The translations under genes and the position numbers were made by a program. A stretch of DNA of 64,000 nucleotides from Phoronis australis (taxonomy: Eukaryota; Animalia; Phoronida), in contig NMRA01000266.1 in the NCBI GenBank assembly GCA_002633005.1, forward strand, positions 74,544-138,543, read 5' to 3'. Of this stretch, positions 1 to 11,945 are shown in pieces (the stretch's first letter is position 1; each line of letters starts with the position of its first letter). The notes under the pieces are model-generated. The model worked only from the letters and a program-made list of their open reading frames with translations. It made no database searches and had not been told where the DNA came from.

Positions 1-790
1 AAACAAATCCCCAGTGTGTCGACATTATCTCGTGTAACAACGATATTTCTGGCTTTTGTGATGAAAAGGAAAATTTTACTATAGGGTAAACAGTTTATTT
101 ATATCCAAATGTTCGGATCAAAAAGATTACTTACCAGTAGATTTTTAACGTCGCCAAAGAATAGTATATGAGTGAAAAGTATAATGCTCGTTCGGATCTG
201 AATTCAGAATTTGTACAAAAAAGATGGAGTAACTTTGAAACGGTTTTTATTAGTAGTCAAGAGGATTAGATATGGGGTATGCGTGATTGTGTGCGTGTCT
301 GTGGTGCTCTTGTCTTGTGGTATTGTAAACTTGTTTCGTTGTTAATAAATGTATATAAATTATGTACTCAGGCTTCAAATGAAAACAAATGCATTTTAAT
401 CAAACTACTTGCATGGACGTTCCTGTTTGACCAGATAACGTGTATCACCTTTGTCACATTTTTGTCATAACTTCGTTTTGGAACTCCCCCACTTAATATT
501 GAAACTGGTATGTTTTCTAACAATCATCTCAGTAACAGACTTTGTTTGCTTTGTAATTTGCACGCTGATGATCATAAAATTCATTTTCTTTGCCATTGTC
601 CATTTTACAAAGATTTCAAAGTTTTGTTGTTTGATAAAATCACACTTATTCCCTCGGTTCTCGACAAGTTCAGTTCTGAAGACAACATAGCTATTTTATG
701 AAATATTTTTTGTAATTATCTGGCTAAATATATAGAATAAGCTTTTAATAGGTGACAAAATTTTCTGTTCCTTTATTTACATAAATACTT
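1..790 (+). mobile_element. Degenerate non-LTR retrotransposon 3' end (RTE-X/L2-like C-terminal Cys/His motif)
   Basis: About 470-620 reads PLNIETGMF...RLCLLCN...HKIHFLCHCPFYKDFK, matching the LINE ORF2 C-terminal motif (IETGR..RxCxxC..EDExHFLxxCPxY). Flanking sequence has stops and frameshifts. Confidence 0.7.
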
Positions 791-1065
791 TTGAGTTCAT
801 ATCCTATGGTACATGTATGAGGATTGCGGTTCTTGGATTTTGTTTCATGTGACTAATTGACTGCACGACCAGATTGGAGAAAAGGACTCATGGGAAAACA
901 CGTTGCATAAACGTAAAACTGAAATCCAGCAAGGATATTAGAAAATTTTAAGGAAAAGACTGGATCTCACAGAAAAAAGGGTTATGGAGTAACCAATGAC
1001 GTTTCGTTGTTAGGTTGCACAGTCAGTTTCTCAGGCTGTGACGTAATGCGACGTAAATGCCCGTG

Positions 1066-1220
1066 CAGGCGTGCGTTCAGTAACGCTAGGACCTACGCCA
1101 GGACCTAGCTAAAATCTAGCCAAAGTCACGTGTTCTTATTTGAAATACACGGCAATATCTCACGTAACTTCGCGAGATCTTGCTTTTTAGCGAGGTCCTA
1201 GCCTTACTGAACGGGAAGCA
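1066..1220 (+). mobile_element. About 155-bp MITE-like repeat, family M1
   Basis: Inverted ends CGTTCAGTAACGCTAGGACCT ... AGGTCCTAGCCTTACTGAACG. Related copies lie near 22.6, 43.9, 44.1, 44.6 and 61.3 kb. Confidence 0.85.
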
Positions 1221-2149
1221 GGTGAACAGCCCAATTACATAACTGATGTGGGCACATAAGACGGTATTGGGGCATGAGTTTGACTATACATATCGGCAAG
1301 GTGTGTGATAGTTTTTTGAACTCACGTTTCAGGGTTTAACAGGACCAAAATTGTACTGACTATGGAGCTGATCCATTGCATTCTTTTAAAAGGCATCAGC
1401 TGCGCATTGTTATTTGCAGAGTCGGTTCGGACAAAAACATTGGTAACACTAAATGTACTCTAACGCAGGAAATAGTGTAGTAGATTACGTTCATTGCAGT
1501 GAATCAATTGCACATGAATTTTGATGCGGGTTTTCCAGATTGATTCAAATCACTTCCGCTGGAATTTTCTGTACGTGTTAACAAGCCAGAACTTTGCTTC
1601 AATCAATCTGTGTTTAAAAAGATAACCAGTATGATATCGCTGACAATTCCCTGTTATGAGACTTATAAAGATAGTTATGTTGATCTGTTAGGTTCAAATC
1701 TAGATCACGAGTTCACGAATTTATTTGACAATGGCCTTGCCTATAATTTGAGCAATGTTTCTGTTGACCAACCGACAAACTTAATCTAGTGTAGTGCACC
1801 ATGTGATGTTGTGCAGAATAATTTGAATAGAAACCAAAAAAAACAGGTTCAGTTTGATCAAATATGCGAAGTATTGAAAACTGAAACTTAGCGGAGTATA
1901 AGTAAATTCTTAAAATTCAGTAATGAATCTTCCTTTTTACTTTGGTTTATTAACTCGTGCCAAAAAAAACGGACATGTGCGAAAATGTCTGCGGACAAAC
2001 TATTAGCGTCGGCAAAAGACATCGCGTTTTGCTCGTGATAGACCGACCCAAAAGACCTTATTTTTGGGTCGGCTGAAATTCCTGAGAACACCACAAACTT
2101 GATTTAGCCGGTAACATGAGATTTCACACCTATACACATTACCCGATGG

Positions 2150-2670
2150 CGTTAAATTCCATTGTCAGACCAGGCGTAATTAAATGTGCAATTTTTATTG
2201 CCCCTACAGCCCGAATGGGTAATAAACTATTGAAATTGCTGATAAAGCGTGTCAAGTTTATAGTCCTTGGAACCCCAGAGTTCTAAAATCTATCACGAAC
2301 ATTTTGCGTTATGAAACGAATAAAAAGAAATTGTGGAATCTACTTAAACTTGTTCAAAATACTACGTCATCCAATGTACCTGCTATCGAGTGATTTAATT
2401 ATTTTACAATCATTTTTGAAAATAATAAAACTTCAAGAAGTGAATTTTATGCAAGACAGCCATGCAACTGAGAATACGTTGCCGACAAATCAAGACCATG
2501 AGGAACTGAGCGCTCAGTTGCTGTAGGAGAATTTGATGTTTGCCTTAAGCAGAAGATCGGTAAATCTGAAGGACGGCATGGGATACCGTTAGAATTTTTT
2601 TTAAATTTTGAACTCCACAATTGTACATTTTATTGATTAGGTTATATGATCATATATTTGACAGTGGCCT
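2150..2670 (+). mobile_element. Degenerate LINE ORF2 fragment (region just upstream of the RT core)
   Basis: Broken reading resembling K..GKSxGxDGIPxEFF...LxxLxxxIFDSG at about 2550-2670. Confidence 0.5.
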
Positions 2671-2994
2671 AGGGCTATCACACTGTACAAAGTTGTGGCA
2701 CGGAGTTCTACGCTTTCACTTTAAATTACTTGAGATCCACCTGGTTCCATCTACATGTATCTGTCGGCGGTGGTTCTTAGGCCACATTCTCACTCTCCAT
2801 GAAATTTTCTTGAAACAAGATCACTCAATTTCTGATAGCTTCAATCGCAAGGTTTGCTGACCCGACCAGATAATGCGAAGGGTCTCAGGATCGGTATAAA
2901 AATGACGCTCTCCCGCGGTGAGGGGCGAATGTGCTGGCATTTTGTGAGATCGGTTGAGGACAGAATTTTGCGAAACTGAACTCGTTTTTGCCCA

Positions 2995-5105
2995 CAGTAA
3001 TTTTTATCTTTCTACACTAGACAGTAAGTGCATGAGGTGGCAGTCAGGCCTAGTGTGATAGCTGCCCGCTTTCTTTACTCGAAGTCTGTTGTTTAATTCC
3101 CTCTGTACCACCCTGCTAGAACCTTGTGTCAGGTTTTAACTATATATTAATAAAGATAAAAATAGTTTCAGGTGCAATGGTCCCACATGCGCGGCACATG
3201 TCCGTCTGGTACAACGTGTAACAGACCGCCCGCAATTATTTGATAAGTGCTTTTTTGTATTCAGGAAAAGCATAGTGCCTAAGTTAGCTTGATGGGATGA
3301 ACGTGCGCTTGGCTGACAGTTTTACTGCTGGTACAATGAAAATTTAATGTAAAAAACAGTAAGGTAGGACAGTCAACTCAGAATGAAATAAATTGCACTT
3401 TTATCTCTAGGACAAATAGGGTTATCAGATAAGACTACATATAGAGCATTCGTCAGTGATAATGGGAAATAAATTAAAATCAGTCGATTGTGTTTGGTGT
3501 TTTGTAGTGCATTTTGTGCCTATAAAACTCCTTAATCCGATAAGGTCAATCGCACGATGACTGGTACTCGGCGGTTTTAAGTATCTGCAAGGAAGTAAAA
3601 ACACGATTTGCGATGTTTTGCCGACATTGCCTTTTATTTTGCTTTATTAGCATTTCTTCACATTTCATCAAGTGTATAAAATTACATGCAGCAGCAAGGA
3701 CCTCTTTGTACCTGCAAAGATGATTTAAAGTGATGGATTTAATCATATGGTGACGTGTCACCTGATGCAATCGGATTTAGGACACTGACGTGTTAATTCA
3801 AAAACATGCAAAAGCATACAATTGTATCAAAAATAATCAGCGGGGATGTCGCCAACGCGGATGAGGACAGTTGGTACGTGCGTGTCAGGAACTAGATCTC
3901 CGACACTGGAGATTGGTTACTGTTAGAGCGGGATCCCAGAGCCTTTTTTGGGCATGAAAAGATAACCAATTTGCTTTGGTACCACAGTGGCCTATGGGTA
4001 TTCTCATGCTTGGAAATGGTTGTCTGACAGGTTTGCTTTGGTGGGTGTGGTCAGGGGAGCCAAGAGAATGGCAATAAAAATTAAGCTAGATCAACTTTTC
4101 TGGTAACCACTTCAAACTGCCTTGGATTCCTACTACGTGATCCACTGTATTAAAATTGGTCGCTGCCAGTCATTTTCAGTGGTGGGGAGTATCAGCCAGA
4201 CGGATATAAACAAGGTAAAATAATTGACTAGAAAAATCCAAGAGGTAACTGGTTGAAACCAGATGCAAAATATTCACCCTGAGACCAGGTATCACGAATA
4301 AACACTGCCAGACACATCTAGTGGTTGGTCCGTTATCCCCTCCAAACACGCCAAAATACCTGAGTTGAGCTAGATCAACCCAAGAGGTAACCGCGTGAAA
4401 CCAGTTGCAAAATATTCGTCGTACGCCCAGGTATTTAGAATAAGATTCTTAGTCGGTGACCTAAAGATGACCTTGTAGGGGCAAAATGTGGCAAAATTTA
4501 ATAGGCTTGCGTCCAGAATAACTTTTACCTTTCTACATTAGACATTAAGTGCATGTTTGTTTTCCGGAAAAGCATAATAGTTAAGTTGGAATGGTGAGAA
4601 GAAGATGTGTCTTCTGATACAGGTGTGAAAGCTATTACCTCGAGTACAAGGCAAATGTAATGTATCAGTAAACTAGTAACGTAGAACAGTCAACTCCGTT
4701 ACTTCGTTCCACAACTTTTCAGTTAAGACTACATGTAAAGCATTAAAATCAGAGATAAGAGGGAAATAAATTATAACCAGTTGTTTGTTTTTAATGATTG
4801 CGAGTCGATTGTCTACATGTACCTTGAAAAGTCGGTTATCTGATAAGGACGATCGTACGACGGCTGGTACGCGGCGGTTTTTACGTCGCTGCAAGAAAAA
4901 AATTGCAGGCCCCCACGACGCTGCATCTTTATTTTTGCTTCACAAACTTTAGTTCACATTTCATAGGGTGCATAAAGAATGCCGCTATAAAATTAGCAAC
5001 TACGAAAATTTTATATCTGCAAAACAGGTTAGAGTGATTGATTTAGCTATGCGGTGACGTGTCAGCTGATGCAATCGGACTTAGGACACTGACGCATTAA
5101 TTCAT
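2995..5105. repeat. Diverged direct duplication (about 2995-3800 versus 4517-5105) with short internal repeats at 4080-4420
   Basis: Shared blocks such as CTTTCTACAYTAGACAKTAAGTGCATG and GGTGACGTGTCASCTGATGCAATCGGAYTTAGGACACTGACG. A CTAGA...GGTAAC...AAAC unit recurs three times about 145 bp apart. Confidence 0.75.
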
Positions 5106-6204
5106 CCACGTGCAATCAAGGTTATCAGTGAGATTGTCATGTGTACTGTAGTAGAATTTAACGAGGAGTGAGGAAACTTGGTGCTTGCTTGTGTGGAGTT
5201 TGAACACCGAGGTACATGAGGGAGATGGTTCATCGTGTATTAAGCGTTTAATTCGCATGTTTGGAGCTGAAGAGAACCGGGCAGAGTTCACTAGCTGTCT
5301 GGCAGATTTACTGCATCACGTGAAATTACGCAAACTAGTTTACAGGCTCGTGTTTGAAATATGAAGGCACAACCTAAAAAACAGTTTCCACCCCCCTGAA
5401 CAGTAGCGCCGTAAAGTGTTTTCTTAAACCTGCACCAGTATCATAAACCCACCTTCTATCACAAACACGACTTTGAACTCTGACAACTTGTTGTTGTGAA
5501 CTTGATACAGATTGTTTCAATAACCAAAATGGAAGTGATGTCACAGCTTTAAAGGAACTGGCAATTGGATATTGGTTGAGGTCATTTTGTACAAGGTGTA
5601 ACAGTATACAGTACAATACCATGGCAATCGGATTCCCGGCTAAAAACGTGCTGTGCTGCAAAGACTATTACTCCCAGGAGTAACTGAGATTTTTTGGTTT
5701 CCATGACGTAAACCACGTAAATTGCCCAGCAGTAAACTTCGAGGATTAGCCGACTTAGAAATGGAGGAATTAAGTGAAATTCACATAAAACAGACCGCAA
5801 AGTTTCGCGCGAGAATAACACATTACACCGCGATTACGCCATTTTCTTGAATATCTCTTCTGCCAGTTCACGTTCCTTTTTGTTGTACTCACTTTTCTAA
5901 TCTCAGTGACAAACTACCACAAGTTTTGTACTTACATTCTTTCAACTCCAAGCTCAGATGGGGTTGGGATTTGTTAAAATATTTGTCCCTAATTGACTAA
6001 AGGCGGAAACGGTAGAGCACTAGCCTATCCAATAGGTTAAGATAGGATATAGATGGACAAAAACAACAACAACATTGTTGCAGCTATTAGTACCACTAAC
6101 CCTAATCACAACCAAGTTCAAATGCCACGTCTCATTCAATTGTGAATATGCAAATGAAGTAGTACACTGTAGTTTACAAACAACCCCGTGACTTCCGGAG
6201 TGCC

Positions 6205-6992
6205 GGAAACCATCAGATGGTTCACTACTCCGAATGTTCACCACCTTCCAAAGTTCACTACTTCGAATATCCAAAATTCCTAAATAAGAACTTCAACATT
6301 TCATTTGACTTTGATTGTCTACTAATGAGACGGAAATGATATGAATAATTATCATAATTGTGTTCACTAAGTAACCATTTAAATGGCGTGCAAGAGTTGA
6401 ATAATTCCTAAAATAGTGATTACATTGTTTACCATGGAACTCATTTCCAGTCACTGCCAATCATGATTCTTGAATGTCACTCATTCTCAATTATAGGGGC
6501 AACATCTAGGGCAAGGGTCGTGGAAGCAGCGCATGAGACTCTTGTGTAGACTGGCAGGGACAGAGTAGCATACTAACTATAGTTAGTTTCGACCCAGTAA
6601 CGCTAGTATTTCCCATTAGTTTCAGCCGCGCTGTGAGAAGATGCGATATTGACGTGGAATTTATGAACGTATCGTGGCTGATAATTTATCAATGAATCTA
6701 CTTCATAGTCTTCAAGAAACGCAAGTACTTACTCACTTTTACGTATTCAAAAGACATGTGGGCAATTTCGCATGCACAATAAATTCAACCTACGTTATTT
6801 ATTACCCGGGGGTTGTTTAGGGATGGTTGCGACTAATAGCCGAAGTGTCGTTTATTTTTGTAGGTAAAAGTCTAATAATTACACCTCAGTCAGAAAATTC
6901 AGATATTTTCAGAGTAGTGAAGTTTCAGAGCAATGAATCATCGAAATAGTGAACTTTCGGAATTTGAACCCTCGGAATAGCGGACTGTTCCC
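6205..6992. mobile_element. Foldback/MITE-like element with arrays of about 16-bp units in inverted orientation
   Basis: Left end has GTTCACTACTCCGAA-type units; right end has complementary GAAATAGTGAAC / TCGGAATAGCGGAC units. Confidence 0.55.
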
Positions 6993-7559
6993 ATTTCCAG
7001 CGATGTAAGCAATGAGTAACACGCAAAAATGCAATCATCACATGAGAACTTATGTGAAGTCATTAACCGAATAAATAAACCCGTCCGACTATATAATGAG
7101 GTGTAATCACTTATTTAAGCACGCCGGATGTGAAAGTTTGGCAAGAGGGAACGCGAGAATGTTCCACTTATAGACAAAATTACATCCCAGTTTGAGACCC
7201 GTTCTTGGCGAGCGACCGTTACGTAGGAATACCGTCTTAACACAGGAACAGATAACTGTGAGCCACCGCTGGTGTTCATACAAATTTTCTTTCCTCATGA
7301 TTAAGCTGTGTTTTCGGTAAGGCATTGAGGTCTTTACCAAAACTCTAGTATCGATGTTTGAAAAATATCAAAGGTCCGCCTTTCTAGAATTTCGAACCAC
7401 ACCCGCGCATAGTAGCTACGGGCCCCAGTTCCTCTACTTTCTCATTTTCCAGTTTGTTGTCCATCTTTCAAATTTGGTTCATCTTCGTAGCCGAACTGGT
7501 CAATGTCTCCAGCAGTTTTAATTTTCCCCGATAATTACATGTAACTTCTAGCCGTCACA

Positions 7560-8000
7560 GCTCACCCGACACGCACTGGCTTTGGGTGCGATATCAACAA
7601 GTCTATGAATAACTCCATGAATCATAAACTCGTTCACTTTTGACGTAGGCTGTTACTCAGTGGTTGGCACGGCAACGTTTATTTCCGATTCTGATGGGTC
7701 GAATTGTCTGTGGTGGGACAGTTAAACCATTTGATATATGTGCTACGCACTTCTTAAGCATAAATCTACATAACCGTGCATCTGACCTGAACCAGCGACC
7801 TATTCTTCAACAAAACGAACCAAATGCATCAAACTCAGTCCATAAGACGCCAAAACACGTTGCAACTGCCTTGTGCTTATTGACACTGCAAAACGACGCA
7901 TGAGTGCATTAATTATTTCATTTACGGTTAGTCCTTGCTTGAATAAATCGATAATATTCATGTTTTGGACCTCCATTTTAATTTGAAACCGATGTAGCAA
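7560..8000 (-). mobile_element. Decayed HTH + integrase-core transposase fragment (IS3EU-like)
   Basis: ORF reads IIDLFKQGLTVNEIINALMRRFAVSISTRQLQRVLASYGL, then through stops GSGQMHGY...GLTVPPQTIR. This resembles the N-terminus of eukaryotic IS3-like integrase-core proteins (GLxxxEIxxxL..ISxRTLxRxL..GL; GSGxxxGYR). Confidence 0.6.
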
Positions 8001-8016
8001 CCTTGATGTCTTAACT

Positions 8017-8262
8017 CTAGCGATAGAGTTTCTAAGTTAATCGATAGAGTTGGTAAATCTATCGATAGAGTTTAAAAAGTCTATCAATAGAGATGCGATG
8101 CCTATCGGTAGAGTTAAGATGTCATCCCTTAGAGATAGTAAGTCTATCGATAGAGATAGTAAGTCTATCGATATAGTTAGTAAGTCTACCAATACAGATA
8201 CTAAGTCTATCGATAGAGTTAGTAAGGCTATCAATAGAGATACTAAGTCTATCGGTAGAATT
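8017..8262. repeat. 21-bp tandem repeat with palindromic core CTATCGATAG
   Basis: About 11 degenerate units of AAGTCTATCGATAGAGATAGT. This array explains the Leu/Ile-periodic ORFs 8037-8318 and 8050-8328. Confidence 0.9.
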
Positions 8263-9726
8263 AGCAACGGAGAAAAAAGGTGCCCTGCCGTTCTCTTACA
8301 GCCACCGTGCAACTGCAAGAGAACCTAGCTGCCGGTCCAAAATCGGACTTTTTCGCCAAAGCTTCTTGCCTTATCAGTTGCACTGACTGTTAGCAGATTC
8401 GCGATATTGTCGGAGAGCCTTGTGTTTTGGAGAACGTCATGGAGTAATGTCTAACAGAAATTGTAACTGCACTATTTCCGGGTGAATTTGACGCCACAAA
8501 GACCATGTGAATGTATTTGTTTAAGACAAATTCACGTAAAGGTTACCCAAAAAAGGTTGACACAATGTTTCAATGAATTCAAGCAAGGTTGATTTGAAAC
8601 ATGGACCAACCCAAATCTGGGGATTTAATTGTACCGCACGATTGGGGCCTTCTACTCCGGAATTGTAGTTTTTTACGGCATTGCAGTCGGATTCTGGAGG
8701 TGCTATTGTGGAAATGTTTCCATAACTTGGCAATGAGAGCAGCGGAATCATTACGGCAGTGATTTCAGTTACAATTAGCAAACTGATGCGGACCAAATGA
8801 CTTCTAGAGGCACAACATGGTATGGCTTGTGAGTTGAGTGTAATTCCATAACATGCCCTCAAATTGGACCATCTCGGATGATTAAGAGTTTGTTGAATCG
8901 ACATCGATATACATGTACATGTACCTTGACTATTCAACAACATTTGGTTGGTTGGCAGCCGTCTGTCAGTCTTGAGAGAAAATGAATATGCGTCCTCTGT
9001 CAGTCATTGGTTGGATTGAAGAGAAGGACAACCGTGCGTAACTCGTTTGATAATGACTTCATAATTCCCAGCGAATCATTCGAGCACAACTGCACGTAAC
9101 CTATTTGGCGATGACTAATATTTCTCGCTCACCTCTAGTTTCAATACTTCAGTCGTCTACTGGCTTATGTATGCTTGATAAAAGGCATAGGGTATTGTGT
9201 ACCTCCAGTAATATAATTGTTATTTTCTTAATGTAGCGGACTTGCGAGCTCACACAGAGCTGGATTCCGCTATGAAAAGATGTTTACTGTTGCTATACCG
9301 TGAGACTTGTCACTTTGATTAATATTAACCAGTTTATGAATGATGAAAAACGCCATACTAATTCGAACATTTAAAACACCACCACACAGAAGTGTTTGAA
9401 ACGCACGTCATTGTGAGAGTACTAATGATTTTTATTACAAAACGTTGAATAATGCGTTTTCATTACTTGTGGCGTTACTAATAATTTATTTGTCTGAAAC
9501 TTTAAAGCGACATGGGACGCAAAAACTCGTAGGAATACCTTTTTAACAGATCGTGCTGAATCTTCTCCTCTGGGACGCTAACGTGAAAGTTATTCAATTG
9601 AATATTGCAAGAACTTCTAGAAGAATTACTGTATTCATTATTTTTGAAAGTGAGACGAAATAAGATCTCTATCCAATAGTTTTCAAAGTTTTGCGTCCCT
9701 AAGAATATATATGCGCGTATGCACTC

Positions 9727-10028
9727 CAGTGGCGGTTATAGGATACCATAAGGGGGGGGGCAACATTTTGTCTGAGGCAATTGAGGAAAGCACGATTAGA
9801 TGTGCGCACGCAGCCTGATCACAGCGAGGCTCGGGCGTCTGAACCTTCCACTGCAAAAATAAACGGTGGCCTAAAAAAACACAAAAGAGGCTGAGGTGTA
9901 AGCCCCACTCCCGTCACCCGCATATTGATTGTCGGGATTAATTGTCAATTCCTTACACTCTTGCTGTTTTTATTATTTTTGCGGCAGCCAAGGCAGAGCG
10001 CCCCCCCTCCTCCCTACATCCGCCTATG
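9727..10028. mobile_element. hAT-type MITE (CAGTGGCGG...CCGCCTATG)
   Basis: Imperfect TIRs with G-run/C-run subtermini. Similar elements lie at about 40230-40384 and 43003-43161. Confidence 0.6.
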
Positions 10029-10366
10029 AATTTAAAGGTGTCGGACTGGCTGCTGCTTAAGGTCGACATTGTTTTGTTTACATCAAAGATCAAGGGTGGC
10101 ATTTTCGATAGAAGGGAAATGTGCTACCTTATGTCTTGACATACCAAGTGAGGAGACGTGCTTCTCCGTGTGAGAGAAAAATCGACAAGCAGTTGACATA
10201 TCGTTGTGTTGAAATTTGAAACTGAAGAAACATGGATTGTGATCAACAGAAGTTCGAAAATCGTTAAGACTGTTTTCTACGTTCTACCCTGTAGGCCATT
10301 TATTTAGTGTGAAAGTATAGCTACGTGTGTACTCATATGATCTATTTAATTTAGCATACTGAAGTC

Positions 10367-10438
10367 TATAAAACCAACGTTGAATGTTGAATATATCACT
10401 ATAGAAGATTTCTGACCTCATCGAAATCTCTCCTGTAC
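10367..10438 (+). promoter_or_regulatory. TATA box, initiator and non-coding exon 1 of the prepropeptide gene
   Basis: TATAAAA at 10367-10373 and TCACT with the A at 10398 (31 nt downstream). Donor GTACGT (10435) or GTAAGC (10439); next acceptor TTTTCTAG ends at 10566. Confidence 0.6.
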
Positions 10439-10572
10439 GTAAGCATACAAGGGTTTTGTTGTTTATGTTCCCAAGGATTTGGCATATCCTAGTGACCATT
10501 CTGTTAATCTACGTTGTGATAGAATACGGTCATGAAGGTTTTTTACGTTTCTATTTTGTTTTCTAGGTAACC

Positions 10573-10631
10573 ATGAAGACCGCTGCATTTCTCCTCACTG
10601 TGTTGGTAATCACATCCGTCGCAGCATCAAC
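10573..10631 (+). CDS. Secreted prepropeptide, coding exon 1 (signal peptide MKTAAFLLTVLVITSVAAS)
   Basis: Kozak-like ACCATG, a K + hydrophobic core + small-residue signal peptide, and a phase-2 donor AC|GTAAGT. Too short for the ORF track. Confidence 0.8.
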
Positions 10632-10949
10632 GTAAGTATTTATAGTGTAATAAGATTTTGTGCAGCAAACTTCACCTAGGTGAAAACTGTGTGGTTGGAT
10701 ATCGTTGCCAACTACCATTTTTATCCACCCACTGTATCCTAACGATTAGGTTGCGACACTCCGCACGTGCCCTGTTTCTTAATAAGCCTTCATCGTGCCC
10801 TAGTTTGTCATGTTTAATTCGGTCTGTTACTTTGGCAGTGCTGTCAAAATATTTTGGGTATTTTCGTTGACTCTGCCCATAAGCACATGGTGTTGCCTAT
10901 CGTTGGCTAAATGTGTGACCGTCACACACGTAATGCACGCAATTGTTAT

Positions 10950-11945
10950 TAGTGGCGTAAATTAACCATTGCAGGTTAAGTAATTTTTGCGGCGTACATG
11001 TAAATATACTTTTAACGGCGCCAATTACTTGCGGCGTAACTGTGTCGCTGACCAAATGGGCGAAAGCTACGCACGCAGATTAAGTGCCTAAACTAACTTC
11101 AATTTACATCGTAATCACTTAATTTACGCCATTAAAAGTCTTTTTAATGCTGGCCTAGTTAATGATTGTTACGCACATAAATTAGGTGAGTAAATTAATT
11201 CTTTTTAGTGGCGTAAATAAAATATTAGCGGCCTATTGACACCACCAAAAGTTATTTTGCACTGCAAATAATTACTTTACTCAGTTAAAAGTTGATTTAT
11301 TTCAGTTGCGTTGCTTAATGAGTGAACTTACGCACATAAATTACATTTGTAAATTAATTATTTTGGTCGCGTAAATTCATAATTCACGGCGTAAAGTAAT
11401 TATTGCGGCGTAAGGTAATTTTTGCTGCGTAACATTATTTTAACGGCGCAAATTATTTGCGGCGTAAATGTATCCCTGGCCTAATGTTGGAACTTTACGC
11501 ACGCAGATTAGGTGCTAAAATTAACTTTAATTTAGGCCGAGACCCCTAATATACGCCGTTAAAAGTTGATTTCTGTCGTTGGCCAAAATAATATGTTGCG
11601 TACGTAAATTAGTTTGGTAAATTAATTATTTTATTTGTGTAAATTTAATATCAACGGCCTATTTACTCCACTAAAATTTTAAAGAAATGATTACTTTACG
11701 CAGTTAAAAGTTGATTTATATCAGTTGCGTTGCCAAAACGTGAACGTTAGGCACGTAAATTACGTGTACAAATTATTCTTTTTGGTTGTGTAAATTAATT
11801 TTTAAGTGCGTAAATTATTTTTACCTGCGCAAATTAATTATATGCGGCGTAAATAGATCGCTGTTAAAATAGGTGAACGTTACGCACTCGAATTAAGTCA
11901 GTAAATAAACTTTAATTTCCGCGGGAAAAATTTAATTTGTGCCGA
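10950..11945. repeat. Degenerate tandem repeat, about 430-bp unit (about 2.3 copies) built from short GCGGCGTAA/AATTA sub-repeats
   Basis: Block 10975-11400 recurs at 11411-11830 (e.g. TACGCACGCAGATTARGTGC, CAGTTAAAAGTTGATTTAT), with a partial third copy. Confidence 0.8.

Noticed and set aside
8017-8262. CRISPR-like array of palindromic repeats
   Set aside because: The units are contiguous with no unique spacers, there are no cas genes, and the context is eukaryotic.
8600-8800. WSC-domain-like fragment (FYGIAVGFWRCYCGN) on the + strand
   Set aside because: Only a short motif amid stops and frameshifts, with no supporting splice structure.
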